DNA of 64,000 nt, taken from Chiloscyllium plagiosum. Lineage: Eukaryota. Positions within the stretch are counted from its first letter, which is position 1. Each line of letters starts with the position of its first letter. The notes below the pieces were generated by a model, which was not told the origin of the DNA, ran no database searches, and saw only the letters and a list, made by a program, of their open reading frames with translations. A program made the translations under genes and the position numbers. The stretch covers positions 8,692,066-8,756,065 of the forward strand of contig NC_057719.1 of the NCBI RefSeq assembly GCF_004010195.1, read 5' to 3'. Below, piece by piece: positions 1 to 12,060 of the stretch.

Positions 1-525
1 GGTCTCCTTCCTATCGGAAAGATGTTGTGAAACTTGAAAGGGTTCAGAAAAGATTTACAAGGATGTTGCCAGGGTTGGAGGATTTGAGCTATAGGGAGAG
101 GCTGAACAGGCTAGGGCTGTTTTCCCTGGAGCGTCGGAGGCTGAGGGGTGACCTTATAGAGGTTCACAAAATTATGAGGGGCATGGATAGGATAAATCGA
201 CAAAATCTTTTCCCTGGGGTTGGGGAGTCCAGAACTAGAGGTCATAGGTTTTGGGTGAGAAGGGAAAGATATAAAAGAGACCTAAGGGACAACGTTTTCA
301 CACAGAGGGTGGTACGTGTATGGAATGAGCTGCCAGAGGAAGTGGTGGAGGCTGGTACAATTGCAACATTTAAGAGGCATTTGGATGGGTATATGAATAG
401 GAAGGGTTTGGAGGGATATGGGCCGGGTGCTGACAGATGGGACTAGATTGGGTTGGGATATCTGGTCGGCATGGACAGGTTGGACCGAAGGGTCTGTTTC
501 CGTGCTGTACATCTCTATGACTCTA
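1..525 (+). mobile_element. CR1-clade LINE (HER1-like) 3' fragment
   Basis: ORF2 C-terminus KLERVQKRFTRMLPGL...LFSLERRRLRGDLIEV...FTQRVVRVWNELP...FKRHLD followed by the 3' UTR ending ctctatgactcta. Confidence 0.93.
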
Positions 526-530
526 ATGCA

Positions 531-1167
531 GCTAACCTGCATATCCCTGGGCATGATGGGTAATTTAGCACAGGCAATCCACCCTAACCTGCACATCCCT
601 GAACACTATGGGTAATTTAGCACAGGCAATCCACCCTACCTGCNNNNNNNNNNNNNNNNNNNNNNNNNNNNNNNNNNNNNNNNNNNNNNNNNNNNNNNNN
701 NNNNNNNNNNNNNNNNNNNNNNNNNNNNNNNNNNNNNNNNNNNNNNNNNNNNNNNNTATGGGTAATTTAGCACAGGCAATCCACCCTAACCTGCACATCC
801 CTGAACACCATGGGTAATTTAGCACTGGCAATCCACCCTAACCTGCACATCCCTGAACACTATGGGTAATTTAGCACAGGCAATCCACCCTAACCTGCAC
901 ATCCCTGAACACTATGGGTAATTTAGCACAGCCAATCCACCCTAACCTGCACATCCCTGAACACTGTGGGTAATTTAGCACAGGCAATCCACCCTAACCT
1001 GCACATCCCTGAACACTATGGGTAATTTAGCACAGCCAATCCACCCTAACCTGCACATCCTTGAACACTATGGGTAATTTAGCACAGGCAATCCAACCTA
1101 ACCTGCACATCCCTGAACACTATGGGAAATTTAGCACAGCCAATCCACCCTAACCTGCACATCCCTG
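531..1167 (-). repeat. 52-bp tandem minisatellite derived from the HE1 SINE body (spans N-gap 644-756)
   Basis: Unit atgggtaatttagcacaggcaatccaccctaacctgcacatccctgaacact recurs at 758, 810, 862, 914, 966, 1018, 1070 and 1122. The same motif occurs inside HE1 copies. Confidence 0.92.
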
Positions 1168-1420
1168 GGCTGTTGTTGTTCTCTGAGAAAGTGGTGAATT
1201 TTTCGAACTCTCTTTCACAAAGAGTGGTGAAAGTGAGGCCATTGTATCATTTAAAGCCAGAGGCAGATAGATTCTTGACTGATAAGAGGTCAAAGGTTAT
1301 TGTGGAATCAACAGGAAAGTGACATTGTCGTCACAATCAGATCAGCCGTGATCGTATTAAATGATTCCTGCACTGGCTGAGGGTTAGCATGAAGATCCCA
1401 CTTTCTCAATCTCTCATGGA

Positions 1421-1764
1421 ATCATAGAATCCCTATAGCACAGATAGAGGCCATTTGGCCCATTGGGTCTGCACAAATCCCCCAAAGAGCATTCCACCGA
1501 GATTCAGCACCACCTCCCCCCACCCCATTCCCACAACCTCATATTTCCCATGACTAATCCACTTGTCCTCCACTTGTCCTTGAACACTATGGGCAACTTA
1601 GCATGGCCAATCCACCCAACCTGCACACCTTTGGACTGTGGGAGGAAGTCCGGACAGACAGAGGGAGAACGTGTAAACCCCACACAGATAGTTACCTAAG
1701 GCTGAAATCGAACCCGGGTCCCTGGTGCTGTGCGGCAGCAGTGCCAACCACTGAGCCACGTGCC
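1421..1764 (-). mobile_element. HE1-type tRNA-derived V-SINE
   Basis: Reverse complement has the A box tggctcagtggttgg, the B box ggttcgatttc, the central V-domain and a CR1-like tail. Confidence 0.85.
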
Positions 1765-2929
1765 TCTCCCCTCACGAGATGACCGTCAGATTAAGCCACC
1801 ATCAATCATCTCTCTCTCTTTCTCTGCACCTCTCTCTAAATAAGAGCAGCCATACGGACCTCTGGAACTATGGTGGCATGATGTTACCTTCGAACAGATT
1901 TGGCAGCCCTTGTGGGACACTATTTTTCTCTCTCTAGTTAAGACCCGCAGCTGTCCAGTTAGATGCCCGATGGGCAGCGCAGCCTGTGGTGAGACAGTCC
2001 CATCCTCTCACACTGTTTTCATTAAATACTTAATCATTAAGCAGTATACCAGCATCCCGCATTTCTCCTCAGGTCACCCTATTATCCCTGATAATCCTTA
2101 CCCTTTTGGTCAGTCATCCTCTCTCCAAAGAACGTTGAAGGTTTTCCTCCTTTTCAAATGCCGATATGTGCCCTTTCTTTGCTTTCCTGTTTAATGGTGC
2201 CCTTTTATTTTGCTCTAGGTTTGCTGCAGTATTGAGACCTTGCTATCTGTCATAAACTTCCGTTTTGTTCTCATTATCCTCTCCTTTAATCCCCTCGATC
2301 GAGGGAGCCCTGGATTTATCAGCTTTGCTGTTTTCTCCCAGGGAACACACATGCTCTGAACACTGACTGTCTCTTCTTCAAATGCCTCTCACTGATCTGG
2401 CACAGGTTACCCTTCAAGAAACTGTGTCCAGAACACTGTAGCCAAACCACAGCTTAGCTTCGTCACTTTAGCTTTTTTCCTCAATTGAGAAATGTTGTTC
2501 CTCTCGTATTTCTTGTATCATTTCACTGTTTTTTTGGCAGAAGATTCTGGAGGTGTTTGGAAATGAGATTAGTTGGTTGTTAGCAGGTCGATTTGAGTGT
2601 TTATTCAGATATAACAGCTTGTAACTTTTGGCAAAAAATAAAATTGCCCTGCTATGTCTCGGCCAATGCCAACAAGTACCAGCATCGTCCAAAAGCAGCT
2701 CAGTCCCTGCCTCTGGGGAAATACCCACAGCAGCAGCTGCTCTGTCAACCCAATATCGAATTCAGGCCAGATCACATGTAGCCTCTACTGCACCTTAATA
2801 AATATCCAGATTTTCCATTTTATAAAACTGGCACTGAAGCAAAGAATTTTGTAATACATCTTCATTTCCTGTCAATGTGCCCAAGTTCCACCGCCCACCA
2901 ACCCCCCAAACATGGATCCTCGAACATAT

Positions 2930-3500
2930 TCTTTGTTCCCTGGAGCGTTGGAGGCTGAGGGGTGACCTTATAAAGGTTTATAACATTGTGAGGGGCAGAG
3001 ATGAGATGGAAAACAACAGTCTCTTCACTAAGGTTGGGGGAGTTCAAAAACTAGGGAGCATATTCTTAAGGTGAGAGGAGAAAGGTTTAAAATGGACCTG
3101 AGGGACAACTTTTTCACACAGGTAGTGGTCCGTATGTGGAATGAGCTGCAAGAAGGAGTGATGGAGGTGGGAACAGAGATGAGATGGAAAACAACAGTCT
3201 CTTCACTAAGGTTGGGGGAGTTCAAAAACTAGGGAGCATATTTTTAAGGTGAGAGGAGAAAGATTTAAAATGGACCTGAGGGACAACTTTTTCACACTGG
3301 TAGTGGTCCGTATGTGGAATGAGCTGCAAGAGGGAGTGATGGAGGTGGGAACAGTTACAGCATTTAGTCAGGTACATGGATAGGAAAGGTTTAGAAGGAT
3401 ATAGGCCAAATGTGGGCAAATAGGATTAGTTTAGTTCGGGAAACTTGCTCGGCATGGATGAGTTGGACCGAATTGTCTGAGTCCATGCTGGAGATGACTC
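2930..3500 (+). mobile_element. CR1/HER1-like LINE 3' fragment with internal 178-bp tandem duplication
   Basis: SLERWRLRGDLIKVY motif and 3' UTR; segment 2996-3173 is repeated at 3174-3351. Confidence 0.88.
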
Positions 3501-4049
3501 TGCATTCACTCAAAGCAGAGGAAGCTGGTCATTAATAACCTCGCTGCTGTTAGTGGGAGCTTACTGTGCGGCCGTTCGCTGGCCATGTTTCCTGAGCCAC
3601 CACATGTGGCAGTCTGCAGGGCATTTGGGACTCCATTTTGTGGTGGCGAGGGATGCTATGTAAATGCAAGTTCCTTTCTTTTATTTCGCACTCCTGCAGC
3701 GATGAGTGGCAAGTAGGGTAACAGCAGAGTGTAGGACGTGACCCGGGCTCAGAGCCAGGAGGGAGTGATCGAGCTGTGCAGATCAAGGCTGTGAGTCATA
3801 GAGTACCCGCTTTCACCTTATGTTGGAGTTCATTCTCTGCTCTGACTGCACAATGTAGGGCTCTGGGCTGCTTCACGCAGAAACTTCAGTGTTCGGGCAT
3901 TCAAGAGGAAAATCTACTCTTTGTTTCCACAGGCAATGCTTTCCCAGGAGCTGTTTGTCATTTGCGACTGCGACATGGTGCGTTAAATGTGTGATCAGAA
4001 TTGGGCCTGAATTTGTCATCAATGTAAGACCACATTCTTCCAGCATAAA

Positions 4050-4064
4050 CCACTAGATGGCAGT
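4050..4064 (+). promoter_or_regulatory. CTCF core motif candidate
   Basis: CCACTAGATGGCAGT matches the CCAC(C/T)AG(A/G)(G/T)GGC(A/G)(G/C)(C/T) consensus and lies in non-repeat sequence. Confidence 0.55.
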
Positions 4065-4189
4065 CTGGTACAATCAGTGCAAGACCAAACCTTTCCCGTT
4101 TTCCCAAGTCCTGGGGTATTTCAGGCCAATTTTCACCCTCACCATAAACACTCATTTCCTCTACTATCGAATCACAATGACCGCAGTGT

Positions 4190-4510
4190 GTGCCTTTGAC
4201 TCTGCACCAACTTGCAAACGCTCCTTCCAAACCCACAACGTCTGTCACCCAGGACAAGGACAGAGAGACGTGGGAACACCACAAGTTCCTCTCTAAGCCA
4301 CTCACCATCCTGACTTGGAAATATACCGCTGTTGCTTCGCTGTTGCTGGAGTCAAAATCCTTGAACTGCCTCCCCCAGGGCATTGTGGGTCATCTTGACA
4401 GCACGTGGACTGCAGCAGTTCAAGAAGGCGCTCACCACCACCTTCTCAAGGGAGACCTTGGGAGTAAATTCAAGCCCAGCCAGTGATGCCCACATCCCAC
4501 GAGCGAGAAA
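4190..4510 (+). mobile_element. Non-LTR LINE 3' end (RTEX-like family)
   Basis: HTILTWKYxAV-type region and tail caccaccaccttctcaaggg...gcccacatccca, shared with 12905-13160, 21940-22710, 34190-34720 and 42220-42810. Confidence 0.65.
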
Positions 4511-5227
4511 ATGTTACCAGTGATTAGGATTTGGAATGCAGTGCCTGATTGGTTAACAAACGTAATTAATTTGGAAGCGAAATTGGGGGAAACCTGAAGG
4601 TGAAAAAACAATACTGCTATAAACAAGAGTGGGACTAATTTGCACTCTGAAAGAGACAGCCCTGCCTCAATGAAAGGATACAACAGTTGAAAGGATTCCT
4701 GTGTGCTGTACTGTTCTATGATCCTATGAAGTTAATAGGATATATTTTCCTGATAAATTATTTGCACATCACACTCCATCTCAGTAAATATTTCATCTTC
4801 CACTTCTAAATGATAAGGGTGTTGCAGTAATCAGACAACAGCTTTTATGATTCCACACTTGGCACGTAACTTTCCAATGAAATACTCATGAGAACAGAAT
4901 TTGTTTGCTTTGGAGTGAGGCCTGAGAGAGACATGACCGTGATTTGGTTGTGTAAGATGGTCATTCACACCTAGTGTAGAGTTTCATTGCAAAATGAGCA
5001 AAAGTAAGGGGAGGAAATTGTGTGGCTCATTTTATTGCATTTTAAATACTTAGTAGACAAACTGTTCAATTGTTCAGTGCCTCATTTTGTAAGTCTGATA
5101 ACTGATCTGTGCTCACAGTGTTTGAATGGTTAAGTCTGGGTGCTGATTCAGAGCAAAGTTAGGTCAGGCAACATCCGAGGAACAGGAGAATCGACAGTTT
5201 GGGCAAAGGAGTTCATTCCTGATGAAG

Positions 5228-5528
5228 GGGAATCCAAAACTAGATAGTTTGGGTTTAATTGAAAGGGGGAAGGTTTAAAAAGGACCCAAGGGGCAACGTT
5301 TTCACACAGAGAGTGGTGTGTGTTTGGAATGAGTTGCCAGAGGAAGTGGTGGCGGCTGGTTCAATTGCAACATTTAAAAGGCATCTGGATGGGTATATGA
5401 ATATGAAGGGTTTGGAGGGATATGGGCCAGGTGCTGGCATGTGGGACTAGATTAATTTAGGATATCTGGTTGGCATGGATGAGTTGGACTGAAGGGTCTG
5501 TTTCCGTGCTGAAAACCTTTATGACTCT
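5228..5528 (+). mobile_element. CR1/HER1-like LINE 3' fragment
   Basis: RFKKDPRGNVFTQRVVCVWNELPEEVV...FKRHLD plus tail; fused 5' to a Penelope pLTR fragment (5160-5228). Confidence 0.88.
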
Positions 5529-5759
5529 AGACCTGGAGTCGTGTGACTTCTGATTTTGTCTATCCCAGTCCAACCCATGCTGCAAGTTCACCTACCTTAT
5601 TTCATATACTTCTTGCATTGAAGTATACACACTTCAAGACACTTTCCTGTTTACAGGCACCCTCTTTTGAGATTGATGCCATGTTCCTAACCTCCCGACA
5701 CTCCAGGTCCTGCACCCTAAAGCGACAGTCTCGGATTCGATGTTGTGGCTATTACGGAG

Positions 5760-6030
5760 ACATGGGTAGAACAGGGACAGGATTGGCTGTTGCAGGTTCC
5801 AGGGTTTAAATGTTTTAGTAGGGTCAGAGGTGGGGAAAAAGAGGGGGAGGTGTGGTATTGCTTGTCAAAGATAGTATTACTGCGGTGGAAAGGACGATGG
5901 ATGAAGACTCGACATCTGAGGTAGTTTGGGTTGAGGTTAGGAATAGGAAAGGTGAGGTCACCCTGTTAGGAGTTTTCTACAGGCCTCCTAATAGTCCTAG
6001 AGACGTAGAAGAAAGGATGGCGAGGATGAT
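5760..6030 (+). mobile_element. CR1 LINE ORF2 APE-endonuclease fragment
   Basis: GGGVVLLVKDSITAVER...EVVWVEVRNRKGEVTLLGVFYRPPNS is typical of CR1 endonuclease. Confidence 0.85.
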
Positions 6031-8361
6031 TCCACTGAGCCAGTACATCCCTGATTACAGTCTTATGAAACCAGTTGAAGAAAGGAAATTAAGTTAAATG
6101 GCTTAACTTATTTCTTTTTTCCTTCAAATAATTATCAGGTGAATTGTGTTTAGTTTAAAGAAAGAGTGCTAGGTAAATAGTAAATTTATTGTGATTGGAA
6201 TTTCATTTTCTGCTCAGGGTGAACTTCCAAATACTGTTGTAATATATATGTGAATCTTTAATTCCAGATAATAAGATTTGCTCATTTTAAATGTTTGATG
6301 TCAAAAAGTTTGAAGATGGTAAAATCTAACAAACGAGGTAGATTTTTCCTTTGCTCAGACAGAGAATATAAAACATGGCTCGTACCTCTGAGCAGGAGGG
6401 AGAGGGCACTGTTGACGTAATAATGTTCAAGAACCTTCACCCCACCACTTTGGATCAGCAGTAACTATCTGTGTTTGCTTGGAAAATTTATATATTCAAT
6501 ATATTTGCACTAAACAAGAATACTAGTTAACTCATTCTGTCTTAAGTGGGATGGATGGAAACTGTTTTGTTTTTCAAATAATCACAGATACAGAAGGTTT
6601 CTTTTATCAAAAGCTTTGAATTTCTGAATTTGTCTGCAGATTTGAGGCCTTGCAGCTGTATAGGCTGGATGTTGATGTTGGGTTGAATAGTGAGATGGAC
6701 TTCTCGCTTGACACAGCAGAAATCAAATCATGCCTGATAGAAATCCATGAACAATAGCAGTAGAGCTGTTATCTTACAAGGCAAGGCAGGTAACCTTGCA
6801 AATGGAGTTGATAGTGTCTCCGTAACCTTTCCATCTCTGTGCTGTGAGACAAAGCCAGTGTTTAATGTCACTCAAGAGCTGGAAAGAGTGAGCAAAGGAA
6901 TAGAATCCTTAAGCACAGTTAAGGAATAAATCAACAAGCCCATTACCCCTAGTAAAGTTAAAGAAGCTCTCTGTGAAAATTGGCTTGTATCCACGGAGAG
7001 TTCCCATGACAGTGACCAGGAGAACATTTCTTACATTCGATTGAAGTCAGTGTTAAAACAAGAAGTCGTCCAAAAGCACTTTAGGTTCAAATTTTGCAAA
7101 TCTTGTTTCATTGACAAGTTTAAAAATATACTTTTTTCAACTGCTATTGAAAAGGTGTTGCAAAAAATATGGTTTAGCACGGATTCAAAACATAGATAAA
7201 CCTATTTTGAAGACCTACAATTTGAACTCAGAATTTGGAATGAGAAGTGTTTTGTCCATATGCTTGCACTGTTTCTGTTTGAAGGTGGTTAGAAAAGAGA
7301 GATCTAGAAATGCTTTCTTTCAGACAATAGAGATTAAAGATGCTAGTTTGAGATGATCAAAAGATTTTTTTTGACTGTTTTGAACTGAGTACATGATATC
7401 AAGAGAACCTTGAACTGACCAAAATCACTGGAATCTTCAATGTTTAAATGACCAAGCTTGGCCGTACCTCATTATGAAATTGGGATTGATAAGATTAATT
7501 GATACAAAAGTTGCTAGTTCAAGCATGCAATGACAAATTCAATTGAATTTTGAAGGGCAAATAAATGTAAATTTTTAAGTTTCAATCTGAAATAACAGCC
7601 ATTAGAAACAGTCTGGTTAGTTTTAATTTGTGAAAAAAATTAGAAATATTGTTTCAGAAGAAACTAATGAAACCTGTCAGCCCAGCAACACTGCTGAGTC
7701 TGTACCTAAAAGAACTTTGAAGTTTGTCATTGTCAACTTTGAATTTGGAATAATTTTGAAAGAAGGAAAGTCAAGTATAATCTAGTATGCCACATTTGAG
7801 AAAAATCTATGCATTTTTTTTGTAAGAAAGAACAAGCAATTAAAATTTGATAACGCTTGCAATTAAACAGTAATGATGTTTGTTTATCATGTGAAACATG
7901 CTTCCTTTTGTTGTTTACTTTAGACAGTAAGATTTTCTCCAAAGTTCCTGAATCAGTTATAATGGTAATTATTAGAGGCCACACTTAGAATAAAAGAATA
8001 GTGACAGGGAAAAAGTGACAAGCATCAAATGGAAATTAGAGAAGAATCACCTTGTGGGTAGGTAAATGGAATAGTTCCAATGAAATTAAAGTGTATTTAG
8101 AATTAAATAATTAACTGTTTCTCTTGAAGATATGTGTGTCCTTGCCTGTGAGTTTTTAAGGGGAACTAAATTGGCTGATTTGGCCACCACCCACTGGAGC
8201 AAGCAAGGAAGATACACAGGCACCCACCATCAACCTTCAATCTTTTAAAAGGTTGGCTGAAAGTCAAGAATGCATGGCATGATCTTGGAGTACTGATATA
8301 AGTGTGAAAAAGTGATTGTTTTGCCTGAAGTAACAAACATAAGGAAATGCATGGTGGACTC

Positions 8362-8890
8362 TGGTGCGGCCGCATCTGGAGTATTGTGTGCAGCTTTGGT
8401 CGCCATACTATTGGAAGGATGTGGAGGCACTGGAACGGGTGCAGAGGATGTTTACCAGGATGTTGCCTGGTATGGTAGAAAGGTCGTATGAGGAAAGGCT
8501 GAGGCACTTGGGTTGTTTTCATTGGAGAAAAGAAGGTTTTGGGGTGACTTGATAGAGGTGTATAAGATGATTAGGGGTTTAGATAGGGTCGACAGTGAGA
8601 ATCTTTTTCCTCGTATGGAGTCAGCTATTACAAGGGGTCATAGCTTTAAATTAAGGGGTGGTAGGTACAGGACAGATGTTGGGGTAGGTTCTTTACTCAG
8701 CGAGTCGTGAGTTCATGGAATGCCCTGGCAGTAGCAGTGGTGGACTCTCCCTCTTTATGGGCATTTAAGCGGGCATTGGATAGGCATATGGAGGATAGTG
8801 GGCTAGTGCAGGTTAGGTGGGCTTGGATCGGCGCAACATCGAGGGCCAAAGGGCCTGTACTGCGCTGTATTCTTCTATGTTCCATGTTCT
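8362..8890 (+). mobile_element. CR1 LINE 3' fragment
   Basis: VRPHLEYCVQLWSPYY.KDVEALERVQRMFTRMLPG... followed by a (ttctatg)n tail. Confidence 0.9.
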
Positions 8891-8989
8891 ATCTCCATAT
8901 CAAAGTAACCAAACACAAAGACGCTGCAGGAAGTTGAGAGTTGAAGCATGGTCCAGGAAACTTTCTGCACATTTAGAAACTAATCTTAC

Positions 8990-9001
8990 CTCCGTGTTGC
9001 C
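8990..9001 (-). CDS. Candidate 12-nt frame-preserving microexon (GGCAACACGGAG) of the neurexin gene
   Basis: Minus strand reads cactgac (branch point)...ttatctgttgttttgttgtgtatttttatgtctcag|GGCAACACGGAG|gtaagatt. It is a multiple of 3, has no stop in phase 1 (G-Q-H-G-G) and lies in unique sequence. No transcript evidence is available. Confidence 0.4.
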
Positions 9002-10509
9002 CTGAGACATAAAAATACACAACAAAACAACAGATAATGTCAGTGAAGCTTTTCAAGTTTCAATTTGAGTGTCGAATCTCTCCATAAAGACAGAGCATTG
9101 GAGAGACAGAGGGGGCTAAATTGGAGGCTCAGATCAGGAGCTGTTAAAAATAGTGGGGGAAAAAGAACTAGTATGTATTCTGCTCGATTCCTGGTTAGCA
9201 ATTGCAATCTAGGGATTAAGAAAGCAAGTACAGCAACTCTAAACCTGAGAGAGAGGTCCAGCAGAAATAGAAGAGCAGCACTGGGATACAGCAAAGAAAT
9301 GTTACAGAGCAACACAGGGAGATGTGACCAAATTAGGAGGGGAATCGAAACAGAGAGGGTGAGAGAGATAGAGAGAGGAATATTGGAAACCAGTCAGACT
9401 CTCAGTCTTCTGACAAATGAGACATCCTTATTTGTCCCTTAATGAAATCATCATTCATGCTCTGTTCATTTGTTATTGAGATGCTCGCTAGCATGGAAAA
9501 ACTGGAGTGAGTGAGTGGGTCAGAGAGGGAGAGAGAGTTTGGTAAGAGTGACTGAATGGAAAGCTATCTGCAAATTCTGAGTGATCTTGCTGTTTATTGC
9601 TTTTTTTTCCTAATGATCCAGTAGTTGCAACACTTTGGATGACACTTTCCTGACACCTTCCTGCATTGTCCTCACGAATTTTCAGCTTGTCAGCTGTGGG
9701 GAGGGGCAAGGAGGAATGCACCCACAACATCAAGAGATACCAGGAGAGATCACCAAATAGAAACATCAAGGGGCTACACCGAAGCTGAACGAAAGTCAGA
9801 AAGAAGGCAAAGCCAATTAGCTTCAACCACTAAATCCCTGAATGGGGAGAAAATGTTCAGGAATATGGGCAAAGAGCAGGATGACTGTGGATCTGTTGGA
9901 CAGAGCGAGCATAATGGGCTGAAAGGTTAATTACCATCATTCTACCTTGCAACAACCTTGAGACATGATCCATTGCCCTACAGCCAGTTCTATCACTGTC
10001 CTTATGTGCAGGAGCAATATGTTTTTTAATTCATTCATGGGATGGAAGAATTGCTGGCTGGATCATCATTTACTGATCATCACCAATTACCCAAAGGGCA
10101 GCTAAGAGCGTTGTTGTGGGTCTGGAGTCGCATGTCGGGTCAGACCAGGTAAGGACGGCATTTTGTTCTCCAAAGGCCATTAATGAACAGATAGGTTTTT
10201 CTAACAATCAACAAATTTTAAATTTAAATGTTGATCTCACTCTTTCTGCACCTTCTCTGCAGTGTAACTCTGTTCTATTACCCTAACACACTTTGTATGG
10301 TGTGATCTGCTTGCACTGCATTCAAAACAAAACTTTTCCCTGTACCTAAGCACATGTGACAAGAATAAATCAAAATCAAAAATCCACAGTTTTATGGTCG
10401 TCATTAGGCTCTTAATTTTAGATTTCCATTGCATTCAAATTTTATCATATGCTGTGGCAGGATTCAAAGCTGGGTTCTCAGGACATTCCCCAGGTCTCCG
10501 GGTTAATAA

Positions 10510-10730
10510 TCTGATAATAACGCTGGACCACCATCTCCCTTTACTTGTGAACACAGCAAGATTCCACAAAAAGCAATGTGGGAATGAATAGATAATCAGT
10601 GTATTTATGGCAACGTTTATTTGAGGGATAAGTATTGGCAAAGACTCTTGAGGACAACTCGTCTTCGAAACAGTGGCCAAAGAATCTGTCACATCTAATT
10701 GAGACGGCAGACTGGGCCTCGACCAAAGTA
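10510..10730 (-). mobile_element. Old SINE fragment resembling the DeuSINE/SacSINE1 group
   Basis: Motifs cacagcaagattccacaaa...gagggataagtattggc...ggcagactgggcctcg; related copies at 3530-3690, 28700-28980 and 46210-46510. Confidence 0.5.
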
Positions 10731-11082
10731 GGAAAAGATGTCCCTACTTTCTGTTCCACAGCAACTCGTGTGGCAACCTGGACTCTTCATTAATGACTGG
10801 CACCAAAGGACTGTTTTCCCAAAGTGTGCTTGTTGGACTATTGTAGCTGTTGGATACTTTGACATAAAGAGATGATAAGAACTTGCTGACATTTTCACGG
10901 ACTAACAGTGGAGGGGTTCTGAGGGTAAATGTGTTCCTGAGCTTGTACTGGCTGGGGGAAATGGCAAAGGGCCAAGGCTGGGACAAAGCAGGTCAGGAAC
11001 GACTGAGCTCGCGAGTAATAATGGGAAGATGGTTGGAGGTTAGGCTCTTGAACTTTATCTGTCAAGCTGCAAGAGTTACGAT

Positions 11083-12060
11083 CACACACACACACACACA
11101 TACGCACACAACACAAACACACACACACTCACACAATACAAACACACACACGCGCACACACACACACACACACGCACACGCACTCACACACACACTTTCA
11201 CNNNNNNNNNNNNNNNNNNNNNNNNNNNNNNNNNNNNNNNNNNNNNNNNNNNNNNNNNNNNNNNNNNNNNNNNNNNNNNNNNNNNNNNNNNNNNNNNNNN
11301 NNNNNNNNNNNNNNNNNNNNNNNNNNNNNNNNNNNNNNNNNNNNNNNNNNNNNNNNNNNNNNNNNNNNNNNNNNNNNNNNNNNNNNNNNNNNNNNNNNNN
11401 NNNNNNNNNNNNNNNNNNNNNNNNNNNNNNNNNNNNNNNNNNNNNNNNNNNNNNNNNNNNNNNNNNNNNNNNNNNNNNNNNNNNNNNNNNNNNNNNNNNN
11501 NNNNNNNNNNNNNNNNNNNNNNNNNNNNNNNNNNNNNNNNNNNNNNNNNNNNNNNNNNNNNNNNNNNNNNNNNNNNNNNNNNNNNNNNNNNNNNNNNNNN
11601 NNNNNNNNNNNNNNNNNNNNNNNNNNNNNNNNNNNNNNNNNNNNNNNNNNNNNNNNNNNNNNNNNNNNNNNNNNNNNNNNNNNNNNNNNNNNNNNNNNNN
11701 NNNNNNNNNNNNNNNNNNNNNNNNNNNNNNNNNNNNNNNNNNNNNNNNNNNNNNNNNNNNNNNNNNNNNNNNNNNNNNNNNNNNNNNNNNNNNNNNNNNN
11801 NNNNNNNNNNNNNNNNNNNNNNNNNNNNNNNNNNNNNNNNNNNNNNNNNNNNNNNNNNNNNNNNNNNNNNNNNNNNNNNNNNNNNNNNNNNNNNNNNNNN
11901 NNNNNNNNNNNNNNNNNNNNNNNNNNNNNCACATACACACACACACTCACACACACACACGCACTCACAAACACACACGCACTCACACACACATGCACTC
12001 ACACACACACACACACTCTCACACTCACACACATGCACTCACACACACACACACACACGC
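11083..12060. repeat. Imperfect (CA)n/(CACT) microsatellite flanking N-gap 11202-11929
   Basis: Directly visible on both sides of the gap. Confidence 0.95.

Noticed and set aside
531..1167. Regular repeat array superficially like CRISPR
   Set aside because: The units are contiguous with no unique spacers, derive from a SINE, and sit in a vertebrate genome.
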